NCBI GenBank assembly: GCA_013239625.1 | Contig: MU053881.1 | Location: 9,137,957 to 9,201,956, forward strand | Reading direction: 5' to 3' | Length of the DNA: 64,000 nt | Origin: Lama guanicoe | Lineage: Eukaryota | In this document: positions 1-13,690 of the stretch, piece after piece | Position numbering within the stretch: position 1 is the first letter of the stretch | Layout: every line of letters starts with the position of its first letter | Made by a program: the position numbers and the translations under genes | The notes under the pieces: model-generated | What the model was told of the DNA's origin: nothing | Databases searched by the model: none | Seen by the model: the letters and a program-made list of their open reading frames with translations, nothing else

Positions 1-111
1 TTCACTCCCAAATTTCTGACCCACAAAAACTGCAATTATTAAATGTTTATTATTATTTTAAGCCACCAAATTTGGGAATAATTTGTTATATGGCAAGAGA
101 TAACTGATACA
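1..111 (+). mobile_element. MaLR (MLT1-type) LTR 3' end, cut by the window edge
   Basis: Typical MLT1 terminus: ttttaagccaccaaatttgggaataatttgttatatggcaagagataactgataCA. Confidence 0.8.
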
Positions 112-1185
112 CCTGAGAAGATGTTGCTTATCTCACCCACATTTTTTACCTCTACCTTTATTTGTTCCTTATCTGAGATCCAAGACACATAAAAAAGATC
201 TCCCTCACACATATCAGTAAATATTTCATAACTCATAAGCACCGTTGTAAGTATAGTCCCTGAAAAAACTAGTTAAGTAATGGTTAAACAATACAGTTTT
301 GGATGACTTCACTGAGGTGGTACATGATAATAAAACAGTGAAGGACTAAAAGATAAATCTGAATAGTAGGAGAGACTTTAATCAGGAAAATGGTTCTTGC
401 ATCTTACAAAGCCACACCATAACACAAGGAATTAAACTTATGGGTAGTAACAGGCAGCCCCAGTTGTCATTGTGAAAAATCATCTTAATCCCAGCTCTAC
501 AAACATTTTTCGAAGAGCAAATGAGGAAGAGCAGTGGCTAGGACTAGAATACAGGTGGTGAAGATGAACCTGCACCCCTGCAAAAAGGCAGTGGGAGAGC
601 CCTCTCTGTTTTGGGTAAACTGGCCATGATTCAAGGCAGTGATTCCCTAAATGAGGCCATGAGGAATGGAACACTGAAAATCAGCAAATAAGAGGGTGAA
701 CAGTGAAATAAGATGGGTTTTAATGCAAGAAGCACCTTGTTTTACAGCTCTCCATCTAACATTATGTATCTGCAGATAAACACTTCCGCTAAGGGCTTAG
801 TAATGAGATGACAGAATATATTTTGTCATCCCCAACAAACGTTCTTGTTACGAAGTCCGAAGTTAAAAAAAAAATGCCATTAGCTGTTGTTAAAGAGAAA
901 TTTCTGAATCCAGAACTCTTAAATGACACAGTCAAATATCTGAGGCCCAGACACTCTTTTTAGCTGGGTAAGTAAAATTTTATAACAGGATTTTGTCTTT
1001 GGGGAGGATAAAAAGGAGCATAAAAGTTATACAGTAAATGTTGGCAAATAAAACATGAAAATCACCTAACTTTTAAATAATTATTAAAATCTCCCAAAGG
1101 AGGTAGAATTTATTTGGTTATTCAGGGGGGTTTAGAAAGAAATAGAATCAAAATAATCAGCTGCTCCTCTAGTATCTCCACCTGT

Positions 1186-1350
1186 TACACCCCCCACACA
1201 CACACATACAAGCAAAGCACACACAACAGACATACAACACCTCCTCCCACCTCATACACACACAACCAGTACACACATCATCTACATATACTAACAGCCA
1301 ACACACAAACACACAAACACACTCCCCCCATACTTAGCAGTTACACAAAC
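1186..1350. repeat. Degenerate CA-rich low-complexity tract
   Basis: Interrupted (CA)n/ACAC runs. Confidence 0.85.
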
Positions 1351-3261
1351 AGGAAAATGGATGGAGGCACTGCAACAGAAGATCAACCTCAGAGTTAGTC
1401 TTGCCAGGATTCCTTAGGGCCATGAGGGAAGCAGCCAGGTACGAGGCAGCTGTGGGGAGTGGGGAGTGCACTTATCTAAAGGCATTCAAATTCAACTAAA
1501 AACATCACTCTGCTGGCTGAACAAAACCCTGTTGGCTATGATGTAGCCTGCAGACTGCCAGACTGCAATAATGTCAGGTTTGGTGGCAAACACGGGGTTA
1601 AAGAGGAAATTAAAATGCACCAGCTCAGTTGACTAGAGGTGCTGGAAGTGAGTCTGAAAAAAGGTAAAAAAAAAAAAAAAATTAAAAAACTCTCGTGTGT
1701 TTTTGGAAATGATAAAGAGAAACTAGACAAGCTGGGAAAAGGAGGTTCAATCATTCCTAGTAATTTTCGGCAGAGATTATGCCATTGAACAATGGAACAG
1801 CAGAAACGGTAATAAGTAGAAGTCTGTATTAGAAAGTGAAACAAATACAGTCTCATGTTTTCAGGGGAGGATGAGGGGACTGCATCAAATAATCTGCGTT
1901 CGAAACAGTTGGCTGTGGAGCAAGAAACAGCAGCCCTATTCCTTGGGCGAGGAGCCCAAAAGCCAATCTTCCACTCCTGCCATCTCACGCAGCATCTTCT
2001 GGTGTCGTTTTGCTTTTAAAATTTTTGGACACGATTTTAAGAGCATTTTTTTTTTTTTTGGAAAAAGATCTGCCTGTTTTGTTTTTCTTGTCACAGTGCA
2101 AACAATTGTATTTTTTTTAGGAAACAGCGGCAAGAGGAAATGGATGATAACATGCAGCTCAGACAAGACAGAGAAAGAGGGCAATATCATCAAGGGGCAA
2201 ACAAAACAAAGCCCTAAAGATGCAATGAAGGAATTTTCACCCTCTGGCCTCCGCTTTGGCTGTTGGGATTGGGATGCACATAACAGCAAAAATAGCTCGG
2301 AAGCCACGTCCCTCCTCCCACCTGGGGGTCTGTCATTTTCATCCTTGGAAATACGACTTTAAGCAGCTGTCGTATCTACAGTATGTGAGGGATTCTCAAA
2401 AACACAATGGGCTTGGAGCAGGAACAACACTCACTTGAACTGTGAGGTATGGCTTGATCTTAATGCTCAACTTTTTTCTTGGGTATCTTTCTAAAACCTG
2501 ACTAGGGGAACAGAGGAACCTAAATCATCACCAGTACGTGGACAGAACCTGCCCATTGAGGAAGCTTGTTCTGAATCTCACCTCATTGTTTTATCATTTT
2601 ATCCAATTCATTTTCCTTTTAAACATTAGTTCATTAAAGCCATATGTGTTTTTAACAGAGGGAAAACTTTTGTATCTCTCTGTATTGATGCAGTTTTCAG
2701 TCCTGAGCTCTTGAACTTCAGAGGTTTGCTGGTCTGCGCTGCCCAAAGGGTTTGTCTTACGCCTCCCTCAGCCAAGCTGGAGTTTACTTCCTGACGATAG
2801 AATCAAATAAACAGAATAGAACAAAAGTAGGAATAGAATAGTTTTCCAATTGCACTCACTTTGCTTGAATTAATAAAGATAAATCGTAAGGATGTTAAAA
2901 ATTGACCCACCCATGGATTGTATTAAGATCCAGTACATAAAAGTGTAAACACATGCAGCTGTCAGCTGGGATCTCTCATGAATATACACACATATTAGTC
3001 TAAATGTTTTTGCCTTCGAGATTTTTATAATATGGTAGGAACTTCTCGGGAGAAATGAAAAGGAAGCCAATTCTCAAATTTCCTATGCATGAGAATTGTT
3101 GGAGGAGCCTGAACATGTGGAATGCAAGCTCTACTCTCAGGAAGTCTGGATTCATACGCTTGGAGCGAGGCATTGGGATCCTCGTTATAAATAACACACC
3201 TTGCCCCTGTCCCAGACAACTTTGATGCAAGTAGGTTATGACCACACTTTGACAACAGTCC

Positions 3262-3385
3262 AGCTCAGTTTAGCAAACATATTTGCTAATTATATAGCAG
3301 GTCCCATGCTAGGTGCCCAGGGATGCAAAACTGATTAAGGTATAATCTTGACTCCCTGAGCTCACAGCATAGTGGTGGCAGTGAC
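3262..3385 (-). mobile_element. L2 LINE 3' end fragment
   Basis: caaacatatttgcta...ccatgctaggtgcccagggatgcaaa...gagctcacagcatagtgg matches the reverse complement of the L2 tail. Confidence 0.7.
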
Positions 3386-3514
3386 GTGAGTCTACTTGTG
3401 TTTATGTCATTTTGCTCCATTTCTACAAGAGGGAAGGCCACTGGGGAAGTCCTCATCCCTTAGAAAAAGGGTGGGCAGTGAAACAATGGTTCTGAATTAA
3501 TATCTATACTATGG

Positions 3515-3940
3515 CATAGAAGGTCCAAAATGACCAGGCCCTGGGTACCATTCCCCATCTCTCACGCCATCCTTTCTACACTACTGGTCTTCTCACCTTA
3601 GGGTCTTTGAATGTGGCATCCTTTCCCCAGACTTCACCACTGCTTTCTTTCAGTCACTTAGGTCTCAGCTCAAATGCCACCAACCCCATACCGCTTTCTC
3701 TGATATCAGTCTAAAGCAATAATAGTTGACACCCTCCAAAGGCACCATCCTCTTTTATTTTTTTCATAGCCAATACTACTGTCTGAAATGATTTCATTCA
3801 TTCATGTATGCCACTAGTGCCTGTCCTCCCACTAAAGGGTACTGAGACCTCGTCTTTCTTTTCTACGTTGTAACCTTGCTCCTAGAACAATATTTAGCAC
3901 AGAGTTATTTGTTAAATATTTGCTAAATGATTGCATAAAT
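3515..3940 (+). mobile_element. L2 LINE 3' region (L2a-like)
   Basis: Contains aggtctcagctcaaatgccacc and ends cctagaacaatatttagcacagag...aaatatttgctaaatga. Confidence 0.8.
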
Positions 3941-5359
3941 AAAAAAAACAAAAAACAATGTCCTAAGTCTTTTCCATTCTGTCTATTCTTATTTCTTAGT
4001 GTTGATGTGAAGATCAGCAAAAAGCAAATGGATGTATAAGGAAGATGGAAATCAAAAGCAGCCATAAATGCAAAACATTCTCACACCATTATTTTTATAA
4101 TTATTATTATTAACTATTCAGAGCCAGCTGCGAATGGAGACATTATCTTTTTTATAAGGAGAAGCCAAAGAACTGTTTTCTGTTATCCAAGGGTCAGGGA
4201 AAGTGGGGGATGGGGAAGACAGAAAAATAACCTGGGAGATGGAGGTAGACCAGAACTCTAAATTTTCTTTTCAAAATCATAGATGAATAAAAACATTTCT
4301 TCTCTCAAGACTGCTTCTCTTGAGAGTTGGAAGAGGGGAGAGGAGGACTCTGAGTCTGGAGTGGTAGCTCTCTCATTTACAAACACCAACATTTCAAGTG
4401 AGGCAAAGCTAAAATAATGTATGTCCTCGAAAGACATAGCTTTTCTACAGCACAATTTGAGCCCAGTTCTTGAGAAAGAAAAAGAAAAGCCAGAATACCA
4501 AGTTGTATCAAACAAGGCTTGAATGGGAGTTTAAATCCACGACAGCACTGTTATGAAGGAAGATGCACCATCTCAAACTATTCAGAGCAAGTTAAAAAAA
4601 AAAAAAACTGGACTGTAAACAGTCTTTGGCCCAAGAGTCACGCACTTATTTAAAAAACGTTTTTCAGTCAATTATGATCAAGAGGGACTTGAAAGCTACC
4701 ACAGACGTACACTGAAAAGGTATAGCTTGAGACTTGCTTCTCAGGAATGTATGAATTGTTCCGATTTCTCTCTTCAAGCGCTCCCCACAGCTGTGCCCTG
4801 TCCTCTTGGTTGAAACTGATTATCATTATTACAGAGACACTTCCCAAATCACACATACCATCATCAGACCTCAGAGCCGGTCGGAATCGGGCTGTAGCTG
4901 CTCCGGCTGTCCTGTACCCCGCCGACCCCCACCCTGTCCCCTGCCACCCGGCCGGCCGCTGACCTCTGAGAAGGCTAACAGGCATTTATGGACGCGTCAT
5001 GTTCAACATAACCCTATTCTTAAAACACATACATATATTCATTATTAATCCCACTTCGCTTCGAATCCTCGGGTTCTACAAACATAACCTCCAGATCAGG
5101 ATGGTCCATGTAAGAGGGGGGTGGAAACTTGCATTTCTCCCCATCACCGTGAAGCCATCCATCCTGCTAATGTTTGAGAAATAGGGATAATGGGGAAAGG
5201 CCTGGCACTGTCAATGGAAGAGGCAGCAAAGGGGAACGAGCGGGTTGATCCAATGCTTGTGGTCAACAAAAGCAGTGAGACAAAGTCCTGGGGCAACGGA
5301 TTGCCTGGTTTCACTATTTAAAAACATCACATTCCTTAAATATACCTCTCATGATGACT

Positions 5360-5550
5360 AGGGCCAATAATTTACCACTACGCACTTTATACACACAATT
5401 TAATTTAATCCTTAAGACAACCGTGAGAGTACCTTTCACTTCCGTGGTGCAGACGAGGAAACGCAGGCTCTCAATGCTAAATAACTCATTTAAAGTCACG
5501 GGGCTGGTGAGCAGTAGCAAGAGGGTGGGTCTCACCCACACCGTGCTTTC
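5360..5550 (-). mobile_element. MIR SINE
   Basis: Core reverse complement: tttaatccttaagacaaccgtgag...cagacgaggaaacgcaggctc...aagtcacggggctggtgag. Confidence 0.8.
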
Positions 5551-5789
5551 CCCAGAGCCAGGGACGTGAGGCCCCCATCACCCTAGCATGGCTTTTCTAC
5601 CTTCGATCTCACAGATGAGGAAACAGGACCCACAAAATTCTTTGCCTTGTCTACCACCAGAACGCCAATTTCTAGCCAAAATTAGAGCTCAGGGCACTCG
5701 GTAATGAGTGAGGAAAAATACATTATTTATCTCCAAATGCAAGAAGGTAGAAGAAGGTAGCCACTATATACAAGTTCTTTGGCGTTGTT

Positions 5790-5885
5790 ACGGGTGACAC
5801 ACTACTGACCTGCACTGTGCTGAAAAAAAGAGCTGTATAAGATTGTAAGTCAACTATACCTCATTAAAAAAAATAGAAAGAAAAG
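5790..5885 (+). mobile_element. Short L1 3' tail fragment
   Basis: attgtaagtcaactatacctcatt followed by an A-rich tail. Confidence 0.45.
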
Positions 5886-6536
5886 AAGAAAAGGCACCCC
5901 CTCCAAACAAAAACAAAAGCAAAACAAATTTGGAACTAGCTGCCAAATAACTTTGTAATAGAAAACAAAATTAAAAAAAAAATTAGATTTCTGGGGTCTC
6001 CTGAAAACTGGAAGCTCTACCTGTGCCGGATTTCTGTGTAGCTGCCTTGTGAGATCAGAGTAGTAAGTACCCCAAGAAATGGGACGGATATTCCCCAGGT
6101 TGCCCCCGTGATGACCACATTTGTCTTTTAAAAACAGGACATTCACTAGCCAGAGCCTTGTTCTCTTCATTCATTTACCTGAGCTGATTCCCCTAAACAG
6201 GCGAATTTTTAGGATTCCTGGTATAGAACCTTTCTTTGGCTTTCTTTCCTTTCGTTCTTTTTTTCTTTTGGCAAACAGACACCTTTATGTAGGTACATGC
6301 TATTAAAATGAACATCGGCGGCAGGTGGTGGTTGGTGGAGATGGAAAAACTGTAGCCGAGAATATGCAAAGCAGGTTGCTAACAAAAGGTGGGAAATTTA
6401 TTACAAGGAAGGTGGACTCTCAGCTCCATCTCTCCAAGGGCAGGTGGCTGGGGTACCACTACCAAGCTTTGCAATGAACTTATCAGTAGAATAAGTAGGT
6501 TCCACTCTATACAGGCATCAAGTTCTGTAACTGGGC

Positions 6537-6684
6537 GAGGGATGCTCACCGTGGCTGTACATCAGAACCACCTCAGAACTTTAACAAAATGCTCCCGCAG
6601 ATAAATTAAGTAAGTGTCTCTGGGAGTGGGTGCAGGAAGAGGTCCTCAGATGATTCTAATATATCTCCAGGGTTGATAACCACT
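6537..6684. mobile_element. MER5-type hAT-Charlie MITE
   Basis: tggctgtacatcagaaccacct...cagatgattctaat...ccagggttgataaccact. Confidence 0.75.
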
Positions 6685-6744
6685 CACCATTTAAGAGCAC
6701 CAGGGCACAAGTATGAAATGGAGACCATACAAGGTCGTCCGAAG

Positions 6745-6920
6745 GCACGTTTCCTGGGTTCAAGTCCCAGCTCGGCCACTCACAAGCCAATTATGGGTGA
6801 CCCTGGACAAGTTATTTTACTAAACTCTAAGCTAGTAATGGAGTAAAATTAAAGGGGGAGAATGCATGTAAAGTGCTTAGAATACTAATCACTCGAGAAA
6901 TGATCACCATTATCACCATC
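6745..6920 (+). mobile_element. MIR SINE
   Basis: cctgggttcaagtcccagctcggccact...gtgaccctggacaagtta...catgtaaagtgcttagaa. Confidence 0.8.
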
Positions 6921-7627
6921 GTATGTTGCAGACGGCACCGATTCCCATTTGAGAGACAGGTAATTAGTGATAAATTTTGTCACAGTCCTCCTAAATTAGG
7001 TATCACTTCAAGACCTCCCATCTCAAATACAGCACCTCACCGGAGCAGTTGACAATTAATGAGTGCTCTTAGAATCTGAGCCAGTCACAAAGCACTCAAA
7101 GGAACAGATGGCTCGGCAGGAATGGAGTCCTGACTTGCTAAGGGACAAAACTCACTTGCGAATGAAATTAATCAATTAATTCCTTCACTCAGGATACATA
7201 CAGTGTTTACTGTGTAGCAGGCATTGTGCAGATGTAGCCATTCTTTCTTTGCTCGGCCATCTTTCCATGACTTATCTTCTTTTTATGTCTTAGATTCTAT
7301 GCCTTAGATTCAGTTGTATAGTTTTACACAACAATCAGACGTCCCAGAACAAGGTGGCCAGAGCTCAGAGCTTTAGTCCCACCTGGGACTAAAAAGACCA
7401 TTCAGATATGGACCCTCTGCTAAGGGGTACTGGCGATAAGTGGGTACGAATCTATCCAATGTACCAAGAAGTAGAAAAAGAGAATTATGAATGTTCAAAG
7501 GCTGGCACTATCTCACGTGTTGGTTATAAAAATAACATTAATTTAATACTGATCAAATAGGAATCAATTTTCGCTGGTAGCAGTTTAGCAGGTAACGGCC
7601 TAAAACTACACATTACATTTTCGTTTA

Positions 7628-7890
7628 AACTTTTTACTTTAAAATAATTTAAGAGCCACTGAAGTTGCAAAAAACCTAGAGTTCCTGTGTAGCCTTCACT
7701 CAGCTTTTTCCAATGAAGTCTTACGTCACGAAAGTATATTACCAAAGCCAGAAAACTGACTCTGGTATGATATCATTAAGTAAATCACAGACCGTATTCA
7801 AATCTCAGCAGTTTCTACATGCATTCATTTGTGTATGTGCGTGTGTGTATGAGAGAGAGAGAGAGATACTATGAAATTTAATCATATGAT
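7628..7890 (-). mobile_element. Old L1 3' end (L1MC-like)
   Basis: T-rich start, then gaagttgcaaaaa...agagttcctgtgtagccttcactcagct...aagccagaaaactgac. Confidence 0.7.
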
Positions 7891-10854
7891 TATACAGTAT
7901 TTTAAAACATAGAGAAGATACGTAAGAAACACTATCTCATGGTGACACAGTTTAGGGGGCGAAACTCAACAAGCTAAAACTAGGGCTCCTATTGGAAAAA
8001 CACCACCATACTTTTCAACACAGCAGCTCTGTTCCAACTGAAATTCAAAGCAATATTTGGGTAATATTTACACCAGGATGTATACTAAAATTTTGAACTG
8101 AAAGTTGCATTTATACAGGCACAAGGAGAGGTAGATACATAAAATTCTGAACCAGATGATCATTCTAGAAGGTTTCCTACAGAACAAATACTTGAAACCT
8201 GCATTCTCAAGTACTTCAGATGTGGAAGGAAAGTAAAAAGCAAATGTACCTGGAGAAATGATAGCTCAGAAATTATCGGAAATTATCGTGTAAGCATGCG
8301 TTGTCCTTTCTGTGTTTGAGGAAACCAAAAGTAGAAGTAAACAATTACACTATTTCCCCAAGTTTCCATCACACCGAAAAAAACCACAGCCCTCCCTCTT
8401 CACCCTCCCTTTCTTTCTTCCTTCCCTTATTTCTTAAGAAATACTTCTGACAAAAAAAGAAAAGAAAAAATCGAAGATCTGATTTCCCTAATACCCTTAC
8501 AGCCTTTTAAATGAACGCATACATGCTTATAATTACAACTAAGGCATTTGCTATTTTGCATCAATGGAATTTAAGAAATTAAAAACCAAAAGGAGGTTTT
8601 CAGGAACACAGCAGAATTGCCTTTTTAATAATAGATTTGGCTCCTCTAATCCATTCTTAATCTAATTAAGACAATGAAAAGCATTGAGCTGCCATCTCAG
8701 AAAATGGCAAGGATGCTATAAACAGAGTGCAATAAAGTGATCAGTTCACACCCCATCAAATTTACTCACAGTCTGAATAACTGTTCTTCTTTTCTGTGTT
8801 TCATTTTTACAAGTTAACAAATGTTTTCATTCGGTTTCCACGGCTTCGTCTTCAGATCAAGCTCAGGCTGTGGGACTTCGAGTTCTGGAAAGTGTGTTAT
8901 ATCTGGTGAGGCAACACTCAGTGTGTTTGAGATTAGGGAGACCTACAAATTGACGCTAACATCTCCCTAATAATTAAATGGTAAACCTTTGGCATTGAAA
9001 ATAGCAATGGTGTTATTAATATCCAAACCGGCACCAAAACAAACAGCATTAATGGAACTTAATTAAATGATATTATGATTGTGTATTCTTTGCAAGCTCA
9101 GCTGATTACACTGGTTATCTTTAGATGAGTATTTAAATCTGGCAGCTAAGATTCTATCTAATGGCTTTTGTTCAACTATTTCCAGGAAAAAGAAAGGCGG
9201 GTTTTTTTTCCCCCCAGTCAAAAGTAGAAAAGGAGTAATGGAGGAAAAAAAGAAACGATCTTGGTCTCTAGTACCACCACAGCATAAGAAATATTAAGGG
9301 GATGAAGGCTTAGTCCAACTAGGGAGTTTTCCTTGCCTTTCTTTTTGTTCTTAAGCGATGTGCAACTCGGGGAGAAAATGGACTGATGCTGTCTTCCTTA
9401 ATTATAATTAAGATAGTCTGACTGTTTACTCAATGATGACACTAATGATTCAAAACAAAAAACCCCTGCCCTGTCACATGTCTGAGTCTCTCGTCCTGCC
9501 AATCGCCCAAACCCAGGGAATGCCAACCGGAAAATCTATTATATCTTGAAATTTTAACAGCGAGTGAAAAACAATGACTTGCTGTTTGATCCGGCAGAGG
9601 CAAAATGACAATAAATAATGACCAACAGTAGAGACCAAATGAGTCAAGGGGTCTCAATCTCAGGATCAGGGACCTACAACCTCCTCATCGCTTCGTTCAA
9701 AACAAAACAAAGCAAAGAAACACTAAACAACAATAACATCTGAACTCCGAAATACACCGGCAGTAAATTTCCTCAACTGTGAGACTCAATATGGGTCCCT
9801 TCACCTGATAACATTTACCGTCCTCTAACTCTTCTTAAGGAAGAATCGTAGAAATGAACAGGTATTTCTAAACATAGAGGAAAAAAAAAAAAAAGAGCAC
9901 CCTACCCATACTATTCACAGTAACAGTCCAGAATAGAAATATGGTTATCGTAAAAGTCCTTCTTAGGTGCCAAAATATGTGTTTTGTTCCGAAACAAGAT
10001 AAAGTTGTTTAGAATGTTTATGAGTATTGTCAGAGGCTCCACGCAGTCCTCATAAATTATAATTTCACTCTTAGATTCCTCGTTTACATAAAAGAACTAA
10101 CAGGAAGGATGCTGCGCCCCCACAGAGCGAGGAGGCACTACCTGCTCCCAGCCGGAGCTGTCCCTGAGGAGGGAGCACACCGGTGGACGAGATCTCCCTC
10201 GCGTACTCTCTGTGAGGGCTGTGTGCTTGGCCTGGGGGAAGGCCAAAGGGGAAGGAGAGTGAGGGACAGACAAGCTGTAAGACGCTGACACTGAGGGACG
10301 TGGTTCGCAGGAACCTGGACGTGACTTGCTTCCGTTTCCCCAGCATTCCCGGCTGCTCCTGGGTCATCCCCACAGACCAGAGCCCTAAGGGTGGACCCTG
10401 TGCCCTTGTGGATTTTGACGTGTTTCTGTCTTCCTCGTGCAATCGGAAAACGAGAGGCTGGAAAAACCTTCCTTTTATTTTCCACAATCCTTAAATCCAA
10501 TCCTAGGACTCTAACCTCAAAGTAAATCCCATGAATCGTAAGAAGCGAATCCTATGAATCCAATTGAACAGCGTTTTCCACTTCCCAGATATAAATGCCA
10601 GATAATATTTCCTCTCTCCTGTGAGTTCACAGACCACACCGCTTCACTCTTGCCTTGTAACGAGCGTCAAGAGGCAGAACAAGGTACTGACACTAACCAA
10701 GGCAGTGGACTGTGGGGGGCCGGGGTTCCTTTTCTATATCCCTGCCACCTTAAGGCATGATCTTAAAGATGTGACCTTGAACTACCCCCCACCCCCGCCC
10801 CTGGGAAGGTTTCTGCATATGCAAAATGCCTGGTTCCCATTAAATCTAAAGTAA

Positions 10855-10945
10855 CACAATGGCTCTCTATGGGCCAAAGATGGCCTGCAGACAGGTAGCA
10901 TTGTTTATCCTACAACAGTGTTGACACATATTTTGAATTAGTGAT
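10855..10945. mobile_element. hAT-Charlie MITE end fragment (MER102/MER58-like)
   Basis: atgggccaaagatggcctgcagac...ttgtttatcctacaacagtg...tttgaattagt. Confidence 0.5.
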
Positions 10946-11734
10946 ATTCAGAAACTAGGAACTTTTCTCATGAAAGTCAGATGCTACATTGCTATTGTTC
11001 AAAGCTGGCGTCCTTAGGCAAACCCGCTGGACCTCTGCTGCAGTCAGTACACGCCCTCCAGCCCACCCTGACCGGGGCCCTCTATTTGTCCTGACAAGAG
11101 CAGGTACACATTCAGATGAACTGGGAACCTGAGGACCCTGGACGCCTTCCTCTAAAGATGCCTTGAATTTTAAAACATCTAATTTATCACTGGGCGGTTT
11201 TCCAACGTTTCTTTCTGTGCTTAAGCCAAGATCAAGAAAAAAAGAAAACAAACAGTAAAAATCAACACTTCTCTCTAGTCAGAACAATACAGGGTTGAAA
11301 ACGAGTGATTTCTAGGTAAAATTTCTTCCACGCTTGCATTTTAAAAGCATACTTAGCAGGTTATTTCCTTGTCGATATTCCCTTTAACGCCGTTACAAAC
11401 GTGACGCTAACACTCAGGCGTACACACAGAGCCCAGTTTATTTCCTTCTTGAGAGAATGCAAATGTTTTAGACACAACTACCTGGTCCTGGCGGGGTGCA
11501 GACTTGCCTTTCTGTGTCAGGGCGCTTGGATTTACGGAGCTCACTTTTCTCAGTCGGTGACAGTGGGGTGGCCCCTGGTGTCACTGCTTCCGATCGTGGT
11601 TGATGTAGGGGGGACCTTCAGGTTCAATGACCACGCTTTACAGGTGACCAAACTGACCTAAAAGGTGTTGTCAGTTTCCCGACTCCCTGGTCTCTGCCCC
11701 TTTCTAGGCGGGGAGAACGCTGAACAGAAAAAGC

Positions 11735-12000
11735 GTCCACTGAACTCCCTGTTTCTTCATTTGTAAATTAAGCGATGATACTTGTACCATTTGGATTAAA
11801 TGACTACCATGCCAGGCACCTCACAGGGTCCTGCTGTATAAGAATCTTAGCTAACCTTGGCTAAACTCAGATTACCCTCCTTCTAACGCTGGCAGGGAAG
11901 GAATATTATTAACCTGATTTTCACAGATTAGAAAACTGAAGTATCTGGATGCCGAGTGACTTGCCCAAAGTCACAGAGTAAGCCAGGGAGCCCACCGTGG
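11735..12000. mobile_element. Two MIR fragments tail-to-tail (+ ~11735-11855, - ~11865-12000)
   Basis: ctgtttcttcatttgtaaa, then attttcacagattagaaaactgaag...gtgacttgcccaaagtcacag. Confidence 0.7.
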
Positions 12001-13519
12001 AAGGCACACTGTCCGACCCGAGAGCCGGGGGCTTTCGGCACCCTGCTCTCTGCACCATGCGCCTCGAACTGCACTTCATTGTTGACAGTCGCTCTTCATT
12101 TCGATAATGAAATTATTTCCATAACCAGACCTGACTCTTCCACACACATATTTCCGCCTCCTCAGATCTACCCAAAGGAATTTTTTTTTTTAATTCATGA
12201 CCCCTTTCCCTTAGCTGTGGTTCAAATGTTGCCATTTTGCACCGAGAGCAAATACATCTATTTTTGTTATTGGAAACTCTCCGGGGGACAGTTCCATTTG
12301 CGAACAAGCCTCTGGAAGCTTTTCCAAATGCCACCATTTGGAAAACCTTTGAGTTGAACGCTGCCACACTTGTCATGTGCTGGTCTCATGTCATCGAGGA
12401 GGTCAAAGAGAAGTCACATATTCCAGTTCCCCTCCAAACATTCCGTATGTCAGGGCTGTGCTACATAAATGTAGCATGCTTGTCGTCAGTGTATGATAAC
12501 AGTTTGTCAAATACAATTCACTGAGTCCAATTGAAATTAATGAAGGGTGTAAAAATGACAGCTATCTGACATATTTCAAATCTCAATTTGACATTTACAA
12601 CCTTTTAAAGTTATTTTTAAATGCAGCAGTGTTTAAAATGTATTGAATATATCATATGCCGCTAAGCCAGTGTTGGCTGACTGGGTGCGTAGCCATGGAA
12701 ATTAACACAGGGCCACATTCCCCAGCCTTAAAAAGAAGCAGGCAGTGTATCTATAGATGTTAAAGGAAATCAGGCAAGGTATCTTATGGAAATTAAATAA
12801 ATGCCACTTTCTACCTCTCTCGTTTGGGGACGGGTGTTCATTGCCATGGAAATGTGTGTCTTGATGAAACTGTGGCACAGGTAGAAATGTGCACGTGTAA
12901 GCTCAGCGATGAAGGAGCTGGAAGCAGAGGGCACTGGATGGGGAGACAGCTCTATTTAGGAAGGCATGGTGCTGCTGAGAGCTCTGTCGGGGGGATGTAA
13001 AAGAAGTCAGCAGGGTGGGACTTGAGAACTGGTGTTCCAGTCAATCATGACTTGGTAATTCTGAACCTGGACATGACACTGTGTTTTACGTGTAAAATAA
13101 ACACTGGGACAAATTTCACAGGGTGGAAGGATTGATCAATTGTGGTGGATGTGTAGGAAACTGCTTCAGAGGATCTGGACCATGATACAAAAATATAAAG
13201 TGTTATCATTCAGTTGATATGTTAACTATCCTTAAACTAGACTTCCTCCATCTAGGGTTTCTGGACAAAACTCTCTCTTCCTCCTGACAGGGACATCCCA
13301 GTGCAACAATGTTGCTCAGGGAGGTGCACGAAAAACAGAGGGTGAGGGGCTCTGAGAGGGAGGCAGCCTTCTTTGGTGGCAAGACCTGGATGCAACCCAA
13401 GTCCAGGGCTTCTTCCATCTTCTCTCAGCAAGACAATGCTCCAGGGGGTCAGACCGAGGGGACCCTATTTCAACCATGACTGCTCCTCTTTGGCCTATTT
13501 TATATACTGCCTTGTGAAA

Positions 13520-13690
13520 GGAAATCTGTGACCAAGGAGAGGCAAATTAGAGCTATTGATATTGATATGGTAAATGCCACTATGACCTCAAAAGAAGGAG
13601 TGACAAGATTAGTCCACTGAGAATAAGAAGGAGAGAAGGCGTGGGAGCCTGTAAAGGAAAAGCCCCCGGGAACAGTCAAGTTTACCAGAT
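13520..13690 (-). mobile_element. L2 internal fragment
   Basis: ggagtgacaagattagtc...gagaataagaaggagagaaggc...gcccccgggaacagtcaagttta resembles the reverse strand of L2 ORF2. Confidence 0.5.

Noticed and set aside
10071..10500. Cluster of overlapping ORFs in a GC-richer patch as an extra TENM2 exon
   Set aside because: None of the listed peptides resembles teneurin, I found no convincing acceptor/donor pair, and long frames are expected at higher GC.
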